DNA from: Candidatus Binatia bacterium
GTDB taxonomy: Bacteria > Desulfobacterota > Binatia > HRBIN30
Length of the DNA stretch: 64,000 bases
NCBI GenBank assembly: GCA_038245295.1
Contig: JBBRSP010000014.1
Location: 64,001 to 128,000, forward strand
Reading direction: 5' to 3'
This document shows positions 1 through 9,506 of the stretch, piece after piece. The notes under the pieces were generated by a model. The model ran no database searches and was not told where the DNA came from. It worked only from the letters and a program-made list of their open reading frames with translations. Position numbers and translations under genes: made by a program. Within the stretch, counting starts at the first letter, position 1; each line of letters begins with the position of its first letter.

Positions 1-493
1 TGGCCACGAAGCAACCACCCAGGAGAACACCGTAGGCGACCACCGTCGCGCCGATCGCGCCCCAAGATTCGCCGCGCCGTCGCCCCAGCCGCCACAAGGA
101 GAGACCGATCACCACTGCGGCGAGCAACAGACCGGCATGAATGGCGATGCCGGTGGGTGTGAACACCGGCATGCGTTCCAGGAAGACGCGTTGCTCGATA
201 TGGTACCGTGCCACGACCAGCGTCAGAACGGCCGGCGGCAACGCCAGGCCTTCGGCAAATTGCCCGTGCCGCGGCCCTACCACGCACCGCAGGAGGCCCC
301 AGAGGACGCCAATGGTCCCACCGAGAACGCCATAGGCGAGAACGGCGAACCACAGCAGGCCGTATTCTTCCGGGGCCGCACCCGTCAGCAATACAACGGC
401 GACCTCGGCGAGCCCGGCCAGCGCCCCACCCCACAGCCCTCCTGCCGCACCGGCAAGAAGCCGTTGGACGAAAGTGTTCTTCGGTTCGTACAT
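1..493 (-). CDS. Multi-pass membrane protein, N-terminal part (runs off window edge); possibly a membrane-anchored sulfatase or EPS-related protein
   Basis: Manual translation from ATG at 493: MYEPKNTFVQRLLAGAAGGLWGGALAGLAEVAVVLL..., open to the window edge with several hydrophobic segments; not in the ORF track because no stop lies in the window. Confidence 0.7.
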   Translation of the reverse strand, partial: MYEPKNTFVQRLLAGAAGGLWGGALAGLAEVAVVLLTGAAPEEYGLLWFAVLAYGVLGGTIGVLWGLLRCVVGPRHGQFAEGLALPPAVLTLVVARYHIEQRVFLERMPVFTPTGIAIHAGLLLAAVVIGLSLWRLGRRRGESWGAIGATVVAYGVLLGGCFVA

Positions 494-608
494 TTCCACT
501 GGATCTAGACTCCGATGACCGGCGCCGAGAGTCGCGTCGGCGCGGCAGCTCTCACGGGGGCCGCCTCCCCAGCCGTCACCGTGCGACGGACATAGCTCCG
601 CCCACCCC

Positions 609-634
609 GGGGCTACCCACTCTCGGGTAGCCCC
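609..634. promoter_or_regulatory. Perfect 10-bp GC-rich hairpin between the NusG paralogue and the downstream gene
   Basis: GGGGCTACCC-actctc-GGGTAGCCCC; no U-tract on either side. Confidence 0.5.
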
Positions 635-681
635 ATGCACAGCGCCCTTACACCCGAGGTGTCAGGCTGGCCCCGCGTGTC

Positions 682-1173
682 CTACAACGACACGCGTTCG
701 AGCAGATTGAGTGGCAACTCGACTCGCGTCTGTCGCCGCAACAACTCCATCAGAACTCGGACTCGCCCACTACCGCTCACTTTGTTTTCAATGATCCCGA
801 TGAGTCCCTCAAAGGGGCCGCGGCGGACGCGCACGGAATCACCGGGAACGAAGGCCGGTCCCGAGTGAAGAACTCCCGCCGGCCCGACGCGTTGCCGCAA
901 AAACTCCACAACCGCATCTTCAAGCGGCGTTGGCGTCAGGCCGAAGCCAATCAGCTTTCTCACCCCCGGCGTCCAAACCACATCCGAGAATTGCGCCTCG
1001 AGATCCGCGTGCACGAACAAGTAACCTGGAAACAGCGGTGTCACCGTCGATCGCGTCGCGAACCGATCGAAGATGCGCGGCAGGAATGTCGTGACGCCAC
1101 GCCGTCCGAGATGGAACTGCGCCGATTCCTCCCGTCGTGGCTTGGTGCTGACTACGAACCACTGCGTCGACAT
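682..1173 (-). CDS. NusG/RfaH-family transcription antiterminator paralogue
   Basis: MSTQWFVVSTKPRRE...PLFPGYLFV (NGN domain) and GDSVRVRRGPFEGLIG (KOW); start set at ATG 1173, 8 nt from the upstream stop. Confidence 0.9.
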   Translation of the reverse strand: MSTQWFVVSTKPRREESAQFHLGRRGVTTFLPRIFDRFATRSTVTPLFPGYLFVHADLEAQFSDVVWTPGVRKLIGFGLTPTPLEDAVVEFLRQRVGPAGVLHSGPAFVPGDSVRVRRGPFEGLIGIIENKVSGSGRVRVLMELLRRQTRVELPLNLLERVSL

Positions 1174-1180
1174 GCTTGGC

Positions 1181-3013
1181 TCAGTCCCCGCCCAGTTGCG
1201 CCAGCCGCGGCTGATCGCGGAACAGGGTCTGCAGCTCCTGCCCAAGTGCATCGACCGCCTCGCGCTTGTTGTCACCCGCCACCGTCACCCGGAACACCCG
1301 TTTGGCGCCGCCGATCTTGGTCGGCGTGAGGCGCGTGTCGAAGCCGTGAGCGCGAAGCTGCTTTTGTAAAGACTCGGCGCGCGTCTGGTTCGGCGTTGAG
1401 AACACCAGCAGTGAGTACAAGCCGGAGCGCTCGCGGAGGACAGGGAAACCGTCGCGTAGTTCCGGAACGCGCACCGACTGCCCGGTCGAGATGACGTCGA
1501 TATCGTCCAGCTCAGGATTGGCGATCTTGAGTACGTCGAGAACCGTGTAACTCGACTGGCCGTAGGCGCGTCGAGCAATCGACGACATTGAATCGCCGTC
1601 GCGCACCACTACTTTGCCGAATGGCATGCCATCGAGCTTGATTTCAGAGCGTTCGTCGTCGGCCATTTCCGCGGCCGTCTCGGCGGCGGCGGGCACACGC
1701 TCACCATGCCCAACAGCCGCCAACTCACCCAGCGGCTCGCTCTCCGCGGCTGTCCGCCCTGCCCCCCTCTCAGGGTGACCCGCGGGTGTTTCCGCGGCAG
1801 CAAAGTTTTCGCTCGGACGTTCGGCGGCAACTGGGTGTCCGTCATTGCGGACACCCGCCGGATCGACTCTCTCGACCAGGATCGGCTTCTCGACGATACG
1901 ATTGGAACCGACCGGGCGTTCCGCTGCGGGCAGGGCTGGCGGAGCCGGCGGTCGCACGTCGGCGCCGGGTCGAATCACTTCAAATTTCGCAGCCGGCGCC
2001 TCGCTTGCTACTTCAGTCGGCGCCGAGTTGTCTGAATCCCGGCGCACCAGCGACAACACACCGGCCGTCGCCGCCACCGCCACCGCGGCAATGCCCACGC
2101 CGCGCCACGGCAGCTGTCGTCGCAGCCGCGGCAGCATCGACTCGCGGCTCAAGACAATCGGTGAAGCGCTGCTCGTCGGCTCCGGCATCGGGCTCGTACC
2201 CATGGTCTCGACACTCATGAGATCGGAGGCGGCTTCGATGATCAGGTCGGCGCCGATGCGCTTCTTTCCGAGGGCGTAACCGATGACCAGAGCATTGTCG
2301 CAGACGACGTTTACCAGACGCGGGATGCCGCGTGAGAAATGGTAGATCTGATCTTCTGCTTCACGGGTGAACAGCTTGAGGTCCGGAGAGCCGGCGGCCT
2401 GCAGCCGATAGGTGATGTATTCGGTGATCTCGTCGCGCGACAGCGGCAGCAGCCGACAGTTGATCCCGATGCGCTGGCGCAGTTGCCGCAGCACGGGATT
2501 GCTGAGCTTCTGACCGAGCTCGGGCTGTCCGGAGAGGACAATTTGCAGAATCTTCTCTTTGGCGGTCTCGAGGTTCGACAGCAGCCGCAGATCTTCGAGC
2601 ACGGAAAACTCGAGGTCCTGCGCCTCGTCAATCAGCAGCGCCACATTGACCCCGTTGCGCAGCTCTTCCAACAGAAACGAGTTGAGCCGCTGCAGCATGT
2701 AGAGCTTCTTGCCGTTGTGAACCGGCAGGTCGAACTCGGCAAAGATGTACTCGAGAATCTCTTCAAACGTGACGTTGGTGTTGAAGATGAACACCGAACG
2801 CGTCTTGTTATCGAGGTCTTCCAGGAGCTTTTTGAGTAGCGTCGTCTTGCCGGTGCCGGCTTCCCCGATCAGCGTGATGAAACCTTTGCGCTGCGTAATC
2901 CCGTAGTTGAGCGACGCAATTGCCTCGCGATAGCGCGCGTTAAGGTAGAGGAAGCGCGGATCTGGCGTGACGTTAAACGGTCGTTCCGTCAGTTGGTAGA
3001 ACTCGCAATACAT
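1181..3013 (-). CDS. ExeA/GspA-family AAA ATPase with C-terminal LysM and SPOR domains
   Basis: N-term MYCEFYQLTERPFNVTPDPRF, Walker A GEAGTGKTT, Walker B LLIDEAQ, SGQPEL, GIPRLVNVVCD; TM segment; LysM-like VVVRDGDSMSSIARRAYG...ANPEL; SPOR-like C-terminus. Confidence 0.85.
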   Translation of the reverse strand: MYCEFYQLTERPFNVTPDPRFLYLNARYREAIASLNYGITQRKGFITLIGEAGTGKTTLLKKLLEDLDNKTRSVFIFNTNVTFEEILEYIFAEFDLPVHNGKKLYMLQRLNSFLLEELRNGVNVALLIDEAQDLEFSVLEDLRLLSNLETAKEKILQIVLSGQPELGQKLSNPVLRQLRQRIGINCRLLPLSRDEITEYITYRLQAAGSPDLKLFTREAEDQIYHFSRGIPRLVNVVCDNALVIGYALGKKRIGADLIIEAASDLMSVETMGTSPMPEPTSSASPIVLSRESMLPRLRRQLPWRGVGIAAVAVAATAGVLSLVRRDSDNSAPTEVASEAPAAKFEVIRPGADVRPPAPPALPAAERPVGSNRIVEKPILVERVDPAGVRNDGHPVAAERPSENFAAAETPAGHPERGAGRTAAESEPLGELAAVGHGERVPAAAETAAEMADDERSEIKLDGMPFGKVVVRDGDSMSSIARRAYGQSSYTVLDVLKIANPELDDIDVISTGQSVRVPELRDGFPVLRERSGLYSLLVFSTPNQTRAESLQKQLRAHGFDTRLTPTKIGGAKRVFRVTVAGDNKREAVDALGQELQTLFRDQPRLAQLGGD

Positions 3014-3134
3014 GCCTATCTCCGATGTCCGCCGCTACGCGTCTGTCCACAACCCATCATTCCAACCACGGCGCGTCTCGCCAGGGCCGCCGGCCGCGCG
3101 GATCGCAACCGGCTCCAAGAGCTCTGATCATACC

Positions 3135-4538
3135 TCATGCGGCCGCGCCCTCGCCGCGCTGGCCACCCTTGCGGAAGGTATTGGCATCCATCCCGTGGGC
3201 CCGCAGCTTGCGGTGCAGGGTTGCCTGGTCAACGCCGGCATGCCGCGCCGCCGCCGTCACACCGCCGCCAAAACGCTGCAGCAGTCGCGTCAGGTAGTCG
3301 TGCTCGGCGTGACGCATGTGGTCACGCAGCCCTTCATCATCCGGCGCCAAGCGATCGTCATCGAGCCCGGGAGCACGGACCGGTACATCGACATCGGCGA
3401 TCATCGTCCCCTTGGTGCGTAGCACCGCGCGCTCGAGCACGTTCAACAATTCCCGCACATTCCCGGGCCAGCGATGCGCGACCAGACGTTCGAGGGCCTC
3501 GTCCGACACACTGTCGATACCCTTCTGGCGTGCCAACGCGTGGGTGCGCAGGAACTCCGTCACCAGCAGGGGAATGTCGCTGCGACGCGCCCGCAGCGGC
3601 GGCAGATCGAGAGGCATGACGTTGATCCGATAGTAGAAATCCTGCCGCATGCGTCCGAGCGCCACACATTCGGCTAGATCCTGGTTGGTGGCGCATAGAA
3701 CCCGCATGTCCACCGACACTCGCCGGTTGCTGCCGAGCGGTTCGATGGCGCGCTCTTCCAGTACGCGCAAGAGTTTGGCCTGCATGGCCAGCGGAATGCT
3801 TTCGACCTCGTCGAGGAACAACGTCCCCTTATTCGCCAGCTCGATTTTCCCAACCCGATCCTGGTCGGCGCCGGTGAAGGCGCCACGCGCGTAGCCGAAG
3901 AGCTCGCTCTCGAGCAAATGCTCGGGCAGGGCGGCGCAGTTTATCGCCACGAAATGCCCGGCGCGCCGCTTCCCCTGGGTGTGCAGGGCGCGCGCGACGA
4001 GCTCCTTACCGGTCCCCGACTCGCCGTGAATGACCACAGTCGCGTCGGAGTCGGCCAGCAACTCGATCGAGGAGAACACCTCGCGCATCGCCGCGTCGCG
4101 ACCGATCATCTCGGCAAAACGGTTGCGTTCGGCCAATTGGCGGCGCAGGTCGGCAATCTCGGCCAGCAACCGGCGGCGCTCGGAGACCTTCTGCAGCGCC
4201 AGCAGAATCTCCTCCGACTCGCACGGCTTGGTGATGTAATCGCTGGCGCCCTCACGCACGGCTTCGACCGCGCCGCGAATGCTGGCGTGTCCGGTCAACA
4301 TGATGACATCAGTCTCCGGCCAACGTTGGCGAATCTCTTTCGTCAAGCTTATGCCATCTCGATCCGGCATGATCAGATCGACGATCGCCATCGAATACGG
4401 CTGAGCTTCCAGGCGGGTGACGGCGATCGCCGCGCTTTCGGCTTCGTCGACGACAAACCCCTGGGTGCCGAAAAGCTGCAAAAGTTGAGTGCGGATGAGC
4501 ACGTCGTCATCCACGACCAACACCCGCGTCGGCGCCAC
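3135..4538 (-). CDS. Sigma54-dependent response regulator (NtrC family)
   Basis: Receiver [39 protein letters not shown], Fis-like HTH; start approximate (GTG 4538). Confidence 0.93.
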   Translation of the reverse strand: MAPTRVLVVDDDVLIRTQLLQLFGTQGFVVDEAESAAIAVTRLEAQPYSMAIVDLIMPDRDGISLTKEIRQRWPETDVIMLTGHASIRGAVEAVREGASDYITKPCESEEILLALQKVSERRRLLAEIADLRRQLAERNRFAEMIGRDAAMREVFSSIELLADSDATVVIHGESGTGKELVARALHTQGKRRAGHFVAINCAALPEHLLESELFGYARGAFTGADQDRVGKIELANKGTLFLDEVESIPLAMQAKLLRVLEERAIEPLGSNRRVSVDMRVLCATNQDLAECVALGRMRQDFYYRINVMPLDLPPLRARRSDIPLLVTEFLRTHALARQKGIDSVSDEALERLVAHRWPGNVRELLNVLERAVLRTKGTMIADVDVPVRAPGLDDDRLAPDDEGLRDHMRHAEHDYLTRLLQRFGGGVTAAARHAGVDQATLHRKLRAHGMDANTFRKGGQRGEGAAA

Positions 4539-4552
4539 GGCTGCACTGTCTT

Positions 4553-5251
4553 TCAGGCTCGACACGCCAGGTGTATCTCCCAGAGAACCTCGCCGCTGGG
4601 CAGACGTCGCGACTCCAAGGTGCCACCGTGCAGTTCGATGACCCGCTGTGCCACGGCGCGGTGGACATCCGCCTCGGCTGAGAGGCTGACCAACCCAGGG
4701 GCCAGCGTAACGTCGATGATCGCACGCGGACTCGGACCAACCGCCCCAGACGTGCCCGCCACGTAGGCCGTCACCCGCACGACCGCCGGATTGGCGGCCA
4801 CTCGCGGGGGCGCCAGTGACTTCATCAAACTGTCGAACCCTAGGGCCAACAACCCCGGGTCGAGATCCAGCATCGCATCGAACCCGCACTGCACGTCAAG
4901 ACGCGCCCGTGTGCCAAGTACCATGCGCAACCGCTGAACCAAGGCATCCATTGCGGTTCGCAGCGGCAACGCCATGGGTTGAATCGCGCGCAGCGACAAA
5001 TAATCGAGCACCACGCGTAGGAATTCGTCCAATCGGCCCACCGCGCCGCGGATCTCTTCACCCAGGAGACTGTCGGTTTCGGCCGTCCGGTCGGCCAGAT
5101 GCTGCATCCGCTGGAACAGATTTCCCAGCACGTGACCAATCGCATCAACGACGTCCATGCGTAGCGGCGCCAGCAATTCGCTGGGTGCGAATTCGCCACG
5201 CGCCGCACCGGCACCGGTCGCCGTGCGTTCCAACCCGGGTACCGCCGTCAA
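4553..5251 (-). CDS. Degenerate histidine kinase / phosphotransferase-like protein without sensor domain
   Basis: H-box-like AIGHVLGNLF and C-terminal AVAQRVIELHGGTL; N/G1/G2 boxes not recognisable; adjacent to the response regulator. Confidence 0.6.
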   Translation of the reverse strand: MTAVPGLERTATGAGAARGEFAPSELLAPLRMDVVDAIGHVLGNLFQRMQHLADRTAETDSLLGEEIRGAVGRLDEFLRVVLDYLSLRAIQPMALPLRTAMDALVQRLRMVLGTRARLDVQCGFDAMLDLDPGLLALGFDSLMKSLAPPRVAANPAVVRVTAYVAGTSGAVGPSPRAIIDVTLAPGLVSLSAEADVHRAVAQRVIELHGGTLESRRLPSGEVLWEIHLACRA

Positions 5252-5450
5252 GCCGCGCTCCCGACCGCAATGGACGCGTCGAGAAGGCCGCTCTTGCGTT
5301 TGTGTAAAGTCTGCATCGATTCGAAGCGTTAACCCGTACCTAGGCCCTGCAACTTTTTCAAGTCAAACCGGATGAGAGGCAGAAGACTTTGCCGACGCCC
5401 CCCGGGACGCGTGGACAGAAGGGCGCGCATGTGGTTGAGCCAGGCGGACG

Positions 5451-6269
5451 ATGCTGAGCCTGATGCGTCACCCGCTCGTGCAGTTCTTCCTTCTTGGCGG
5501 CGCTTTGTTCCTGGTCTACCGCCAGGTGCAACCGCCGACCGACGACCCGAGGCGGATTCACATCAGCGCCGGCCTGGTCGAGGGATTGAGGCAAGACCAG
5601 TTGCGGCGCCTCGGCGCCCTCCCCTCCGCCGACGACGAAGCGGCCCTGGTGCAGCGCTACGTCGACGACGAGATCCTGCAGCGCGAAGCCGCCGCGCTAG
5701 GGCTCGGTCGCGGCGATATCATCATCCGCCGCCGGCTGATTCAGAAGATGGAGTTTGTTCTGGAAAACTCCGACCCGCCGGGTGAGCCAACCGATGAGGA
5801 CCTGCGACAAGTTTTGCGAGCCCACCCCGAGCGGTACGCCCTGCCCCCTCGCACCTCGCTGCAGCACATCTTCGTCAGCAAGGATCGCCACCCAAGCGAC
5901 GGCGCCGAGGAGGCCAGTCGCTTGCGTGTCGACATCGAGCACGGAACCGAACCGCGCATCCTGGGTGAGCCGTTTCTGCAGGGCCTCGATCTGCCGATGC
6001 GTAGCGATACGGAGCTGACCAACCTGTTCGGACCCGAATTCGTGACCGCCGTCCACGCCATGCGCCTGGGCGTCTGGTCACAACCCATCGCCTCGCGCTT
6101 TGGCTGGCACCTCGTCCTGGTGCGCGAACGCGGCGGCGCCGTAGCGCCCCCGCTCGACAGCATTCGCGTCCGCGTCACCGAGGACTGGCGTGCCGACCAA
6201 CGCGAGCGCGCACGTCTCGATGGACTCGCCGAGCTCCGCCGGCATTACACCGTGACGCGCACGCCATGA
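5451..6269 (+). CDS. PpiC-type peptidyl-prolyl isomerase family protein
   Basis: RHPLVQFFLLGGALF N-anchor, EILQREAAALGL..DIIIRRRLIQKMEF, WSQPIASRFGWHLV. Confidence 0.85.
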   Translation: MLSLMRHPLVQFFLLGGALFLVYRQVQPPTDDPRRIHISAGLVEGLRQDQLRRLGALPSADDEAALVQRYVDDEILQREAAALGLGRGDIIIRRRLIQKMEFVLENSDPPGEPTDEDLRQVLRAHPERYALPPRTSLQHIFVSKDRHPSDGAEEASRLRVDIEHGTEPRILGEPFLQGLDLPMRSDTELTNLFGPEFVTAVHAMRLGVWSQPIASRFGWHLVLVRERGGAVAPPLDSIRVRVTEDWRADQRERARLDGLAELRRHYTVTRTP

Positions 6270-7276
6270 GACTCGCCTGGCTCGTCCCGTTGCTGCTGTC
6301 GTGCGTAGGGCATCATGAAGCCCGGGCCCACGCGTTCTCGCCCGGTCTTCTCGAAGTGCAACAGCAGACGGCCGACAGCTTCCTCGTCCACTGGACCCCG
6401 CCGCGTGGTAGCGCCGAGAGCGAAAGTGGAAATCTTAAAGTGGAGCCGATCTTCCCGGCCGACTGCACCAGCCAGCCACTCGCCGGTGACGACAGCGGCG
6501 CCGCCACCCTGCTGCTGCGTTGCGGCGATCAAGGTCTCGACGGCGCAACCTTGACGATCCGCAATCTCGCCGTCAGCCGCAGCGACGCCCTGGTTCGCCT
6601 GCGCTGGCTTGACGGTAGCGACCTCTCGGGCGTCGTCCATGCGGGTGCGCCGGAGTTGCGCGTCCCTGCCGGCTCGCGGCACGGCTCGGGCTGGCAGGTC
6701 GGAGCTCACTATGCACAGCTCGGAGTGAGGCATATCGCCGCAGGCTGGGATCATCTGATGTTTCTCTACCTGCTCGTCTTGCTGGCGCGTGCCAGGCATC
6801 CGACGGGAACGGGTCTTGCCAAATCGGTCCTGTGGACAGCAACCGCATTTACCCTGGCGCACAGCATTACCCTCTCGATGGCGGCGCTCGGGGTGCTGCG
6901 GCTGGCACCGCAGCCGGTGGAGGCGACAATCGCCCTGAGCATCTGCTTTTTGGCCGCGGCATTGGTCCCCAAGGGTGTAACCACGCTGCGGCATCAGGAC
7001 GCGGCATTTGCCTTCGGGCTCTTGCATGGCCTTGGCTTCGCCGGCGCGTTACGCGAGGCTGGCCTACCGCCGACTCATTTGCCGCTGGCGCTGCTTTCCT
7101 TCAACGTCGGCGTCGAGATCGGTCAGATCCTCTTCGTCTCGGCCGTGATTGTTGCCGTTGCCGGCGTGGAGCGCATCGGCCTGACGCCACGGCGATTGCA
7201 ACTGGCATCCGCATACGCCATGGGAGTCGTGGCCGCCGCCGCAACAATCGAAAGAGTAGTCCTGTTTTGGAGGTAG
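6266..7276 (+). CDS. HupE/UreJ-family membrane protein
   Basis: Signal peptide ending AH, GVRHIAAGWDHLMF, TAFTLAHSITL, VEATIALSI, FGLLHGLGFAGAL, FNVGVEIGQ; ATGA overlap with upstream gene. Confidence 0.9.
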   Translation: MRLAWLVPLLLSCVGHHEARAHAFSPGLLEVQQQTADSFLVHWTPPRGSAESESGNLKVEPIFPADCTSQPLAGDDSGAATLLLRCGDQGLDGATLTIRNLAVSRSDALVRLRWLDGSDLSGVVHAGAPELRVPAGSRHGSGWQVGAHYAQLGVRHIAAGWDHLMFLYLLVLLARARHPTGTGLAKSVLWTATAFTLAHSITLSMAALGVLRLAPQPVEATIALSICFLAAALVPKGVTTLRHQDAAFAFGLLHGLGFAGALREAGLPPTHLPLALLSFNVGVEIGQILFVSAVIVAVAGVERIGLTPRRLQLASAYAMGVVAAAATIERVVLFWR

Positions 7277-7284
7277 GTTTGAGC

Positions 7285-9435
7285 ATGAGGTTCCAACTGC
7301 GCACGGCGATTGCCATCTCCCTGGCATTGGTCTGCAGCCTCGCCCTCCCGGCATCACCGGCAGCGGCGGTTTGCGGCGGTGATTGCGACAGCTCCGGCGA
7401 AGTGACCATCGATGAGCTCGTCACCCTGATCAACATTCCGCTCGGATCGCTTCCTCTCGCGCGTTGCCCACAAGGTGATCGCAATGGTGACAGCGAGATC
7501 ACCATCGATGAGATCGTCGCCGCCGTGAACAATGCCCTCGGCGGCTGCCCGGTCGACGCAACCCCAACGCCGTCGCCGACCGAGACGCGCCAGCCCACCC
7601 CCGAACCAACCTGTCCGAGTTTCAACGCCACCGGTAATGTCTACTTCGGCGACCTACACGTACACACCATCAATTCGTTCGACGCTCACATGTTCGACGT
7701 ACGCACGACGCCCGAAGAAGCCTACCGCTTCGCGCGCGGCGACACGGTCCTGTTGCCGCCGCTCGACAGCAACGGACACGGGACGCGAGCGGTACATCTC
7801 GATCGGCCGCTCGACTTCACCGCAGTAACCGATCACTCCGAGTTTCTGGGCGAAGTCGAAAATTGCTACGTGCCAGGGTCACCGAGCTACGATGTCGAGA
7901 CCTGCCAGCTCTTCCGCCGGGGCAGCTACGAAGGAGTGCGCGCCTTCGGCCTGCGCCTGTCGATGTCCAAACCGGTACGTTTCCCCGACATCTGCGGCAC
8001 GAATAACCGTATCTGCCTCGAGACTGCCGCGCCGGTTTGGCAACGCATCCAGGACGCCGCGGCGCAGGCCAATGATCGCTGCAACTTCACTTCGTTTGTC
8101 GGCTACGAATACAGCCTGGCCACGGGCGCCAGCACGCTGCATCGCAATGTCATCTTCCGCAACGAACATGTGCCGTTCCCGATCAGCGCCTTCGAGCAAC
8201 GCACACCGCTCGGTTTGTGGCGCGAGCTCAAGAACGCCTGCCTCGACGCCGGCACCGGCTGTGATGTCCTCGCCATCACGCACAATGCGAACGAGAGTAA
8301 CGGTAAGATGTTCCGCATCGAGTATCCGGGAGCAACGACGCTAGATGATCAGCGCGGCCAGGCCTCGCTGCGGGCGCAGCTCGAACCGCTCTTCGAAATC
8401 TATCAGCACAAAGCCAACTCAGAGTGCCTCGACGGTCTCTCCGGAATTCTTGGCGCGCCGGATGAGCAGTGCAACTTCGAGCGGCGGCGGCCGGCGCCCA
8501 TCGATGATTGCGGTGATGGCATCGGCCAGACCGGGGCCACCGGCAACGGCTGCGTGTCGCGTTACGACTACATCCGCAATGTCCTCCTTGGCGGCATGGC
8601 CGAAAAGCAGCGGTTGGGAGTCGACCCCTTCAAGGTCGGCTTCATCGGCAGTACCGACACCCATAACGGCACACCCGGCAACACCGAGGAGTCCAATTTC
8701 GTCGGTCACCGCGGCCTCGACGACGACACTCCGGAGAAGCAACTGGGCGCCGGAGTTCTCACCGACGGCGGTCTCATCTTCAGCGGCGGTGGACTCGCAG
8801 GAGTCTGGGCGCCACAGAACACCCGCGAGGCGATCTTCAGCGCTTTGCGGCGCCGCGAAACCTTCGCCACCAGCGGCACGCGTCTGACCATCCGCGTCTT
8901 CGGCGGCTGGGAGCTGCCGCAGAATATCTGCGCGGATCCGAACTTCGCGCAGGTCGGCTCGAGCCTCGGTGTCGCCATGGGCCAGGATCTCGCCAGCCGC
9001 CCGATCAGTGCCGGCGCGCCATCGTTCGCGGTTGCGGCGATGCGGGACCCCGGCACCGAGCAACGTCCGGGCACGCCGTTGCAACAGTTGCAGGTCGTCA
9101 AAGGATGGGTCGACGGCGGCGAGCTGCACTACAAGGTCTTCGACGTCGCCGGCAACCCCAACAACGGAGCGTCCGTCGACATGAATACCTGCACCCCCCA
9201 AGGTAGCGGCGCCGATTCGTTCTGCGAGCGTTGGACCGATCCGGAATTCAACCCGGCCGTGCCGGCGTACTACTACTTCCGCGTCATCGAAAACCCGTCT
9301 TGCCGGTGGAGCACGTACGTATGCAACCGCTTGCCGGTCGACCAGCGACCGGCGGCGTGCGCCGATCCGGCCACGCCGCGAACCATTCAGGAGCGCGCCT
9401 GGAGCTCGCCGATCTGGTATCAGCCGCAGGGGTGA
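7285..9435 (+). CDS. Secreted DUF3604-family (PHP-like) protein with N-terminal dockerin-like module and Pro/Thr linker
   Basis: Signal peptide from ATG 7285; FGDLHVHT, VTDHSE, LHRNVIFR, STDTHNGTPG, RETFATSG, IQERAWSSPIWY. Confidence 0.88.
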   Translation: MRFQLRTAIAISLALVCSLALPASPAAAVCGGDCDSSGEVTIDELVTLINIPLGSLPLARCPQGDRNGDSEITIDEIVAAVNNALGGCPVDATPTPSPTETRQPTPEPTCPSFNATGNVYFGDLHVHTINSFDAHMFDVRTTPEEAYRFARGDTVLLPPLDSNGHGTRAVHLDRPLDFTAVTDHSEFLGEVENCYVPGSPSYDVETCQLFRRGSYEGVRAFGLRLSMSKPVRFPDICGTNNRICLETAAPVWQRIQDAAAQANDRCNFTSFVGYEYSLATGASTLHRNVIFRNEHVPFPISAFEQRTPLGLWRELKNACLDAGTGCDVLAITHNANESNGKMFRIEYPGATTLDDQRGQASLRAQLEPLFEIYQHKANSECLDGLSGILGAPDEQCNFERRRPAPIDDCGDGIGQTGATGNGCVSRYDYIRNVLLGGMAEKQRLGVDPFKVGFIGSTDTHNGTPGNTEESNFVGHRGLDDDTPEKQLGAGVLTDGGLIFSGGGLAGVWAPQNTREAIFSALRRRETFATSGTRLTIRVFGGWELPQNICADPNFAQVGSSLGVAMGQDLASRPISAGAPSFAVAAMRDPGTEQRPGTPLQQLQVVKGWVDGGELHYKVFDVAGNPNNGASVDMNTCTPQGSGADSFCERWTDPEFNPAVPAYYYFRVIENPSCRWSTYVCNRLPVDQRPAACADPATPRTIQERAWSSPIWYQPQG

Positions 9436-9444
9436 GGCGTGGGG

Positions 9445-9486
9445 TGTCGGACCTGTCAGACCTGTCGGACCCGTCGGATCGGTCCG
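9445..9486 (+). repeat. 9-bp tandem repeat (TGTCGGACC)x4, degenerate
   Basis: TGTCGGACC TGTCAGACC TGTCGGACC CGTCGGATC just after the DUF3604 stop. Confidence 0.8.
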
Positions 9487-9506
9487 TAGCCCAGTTGCCA
9501 CGTCGA

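Noticed and set aside
494..681. ops / JUMPStart element for the RfaH paralogue
   Set aside because: No GGCGGTAG match found on the coding strand in this spacer
6832..7284. N-terminal extension of the 867-aa ORF
   Set aside because: Overlaps HupE/UreJ in another frame; the signal peptide begins at 7285
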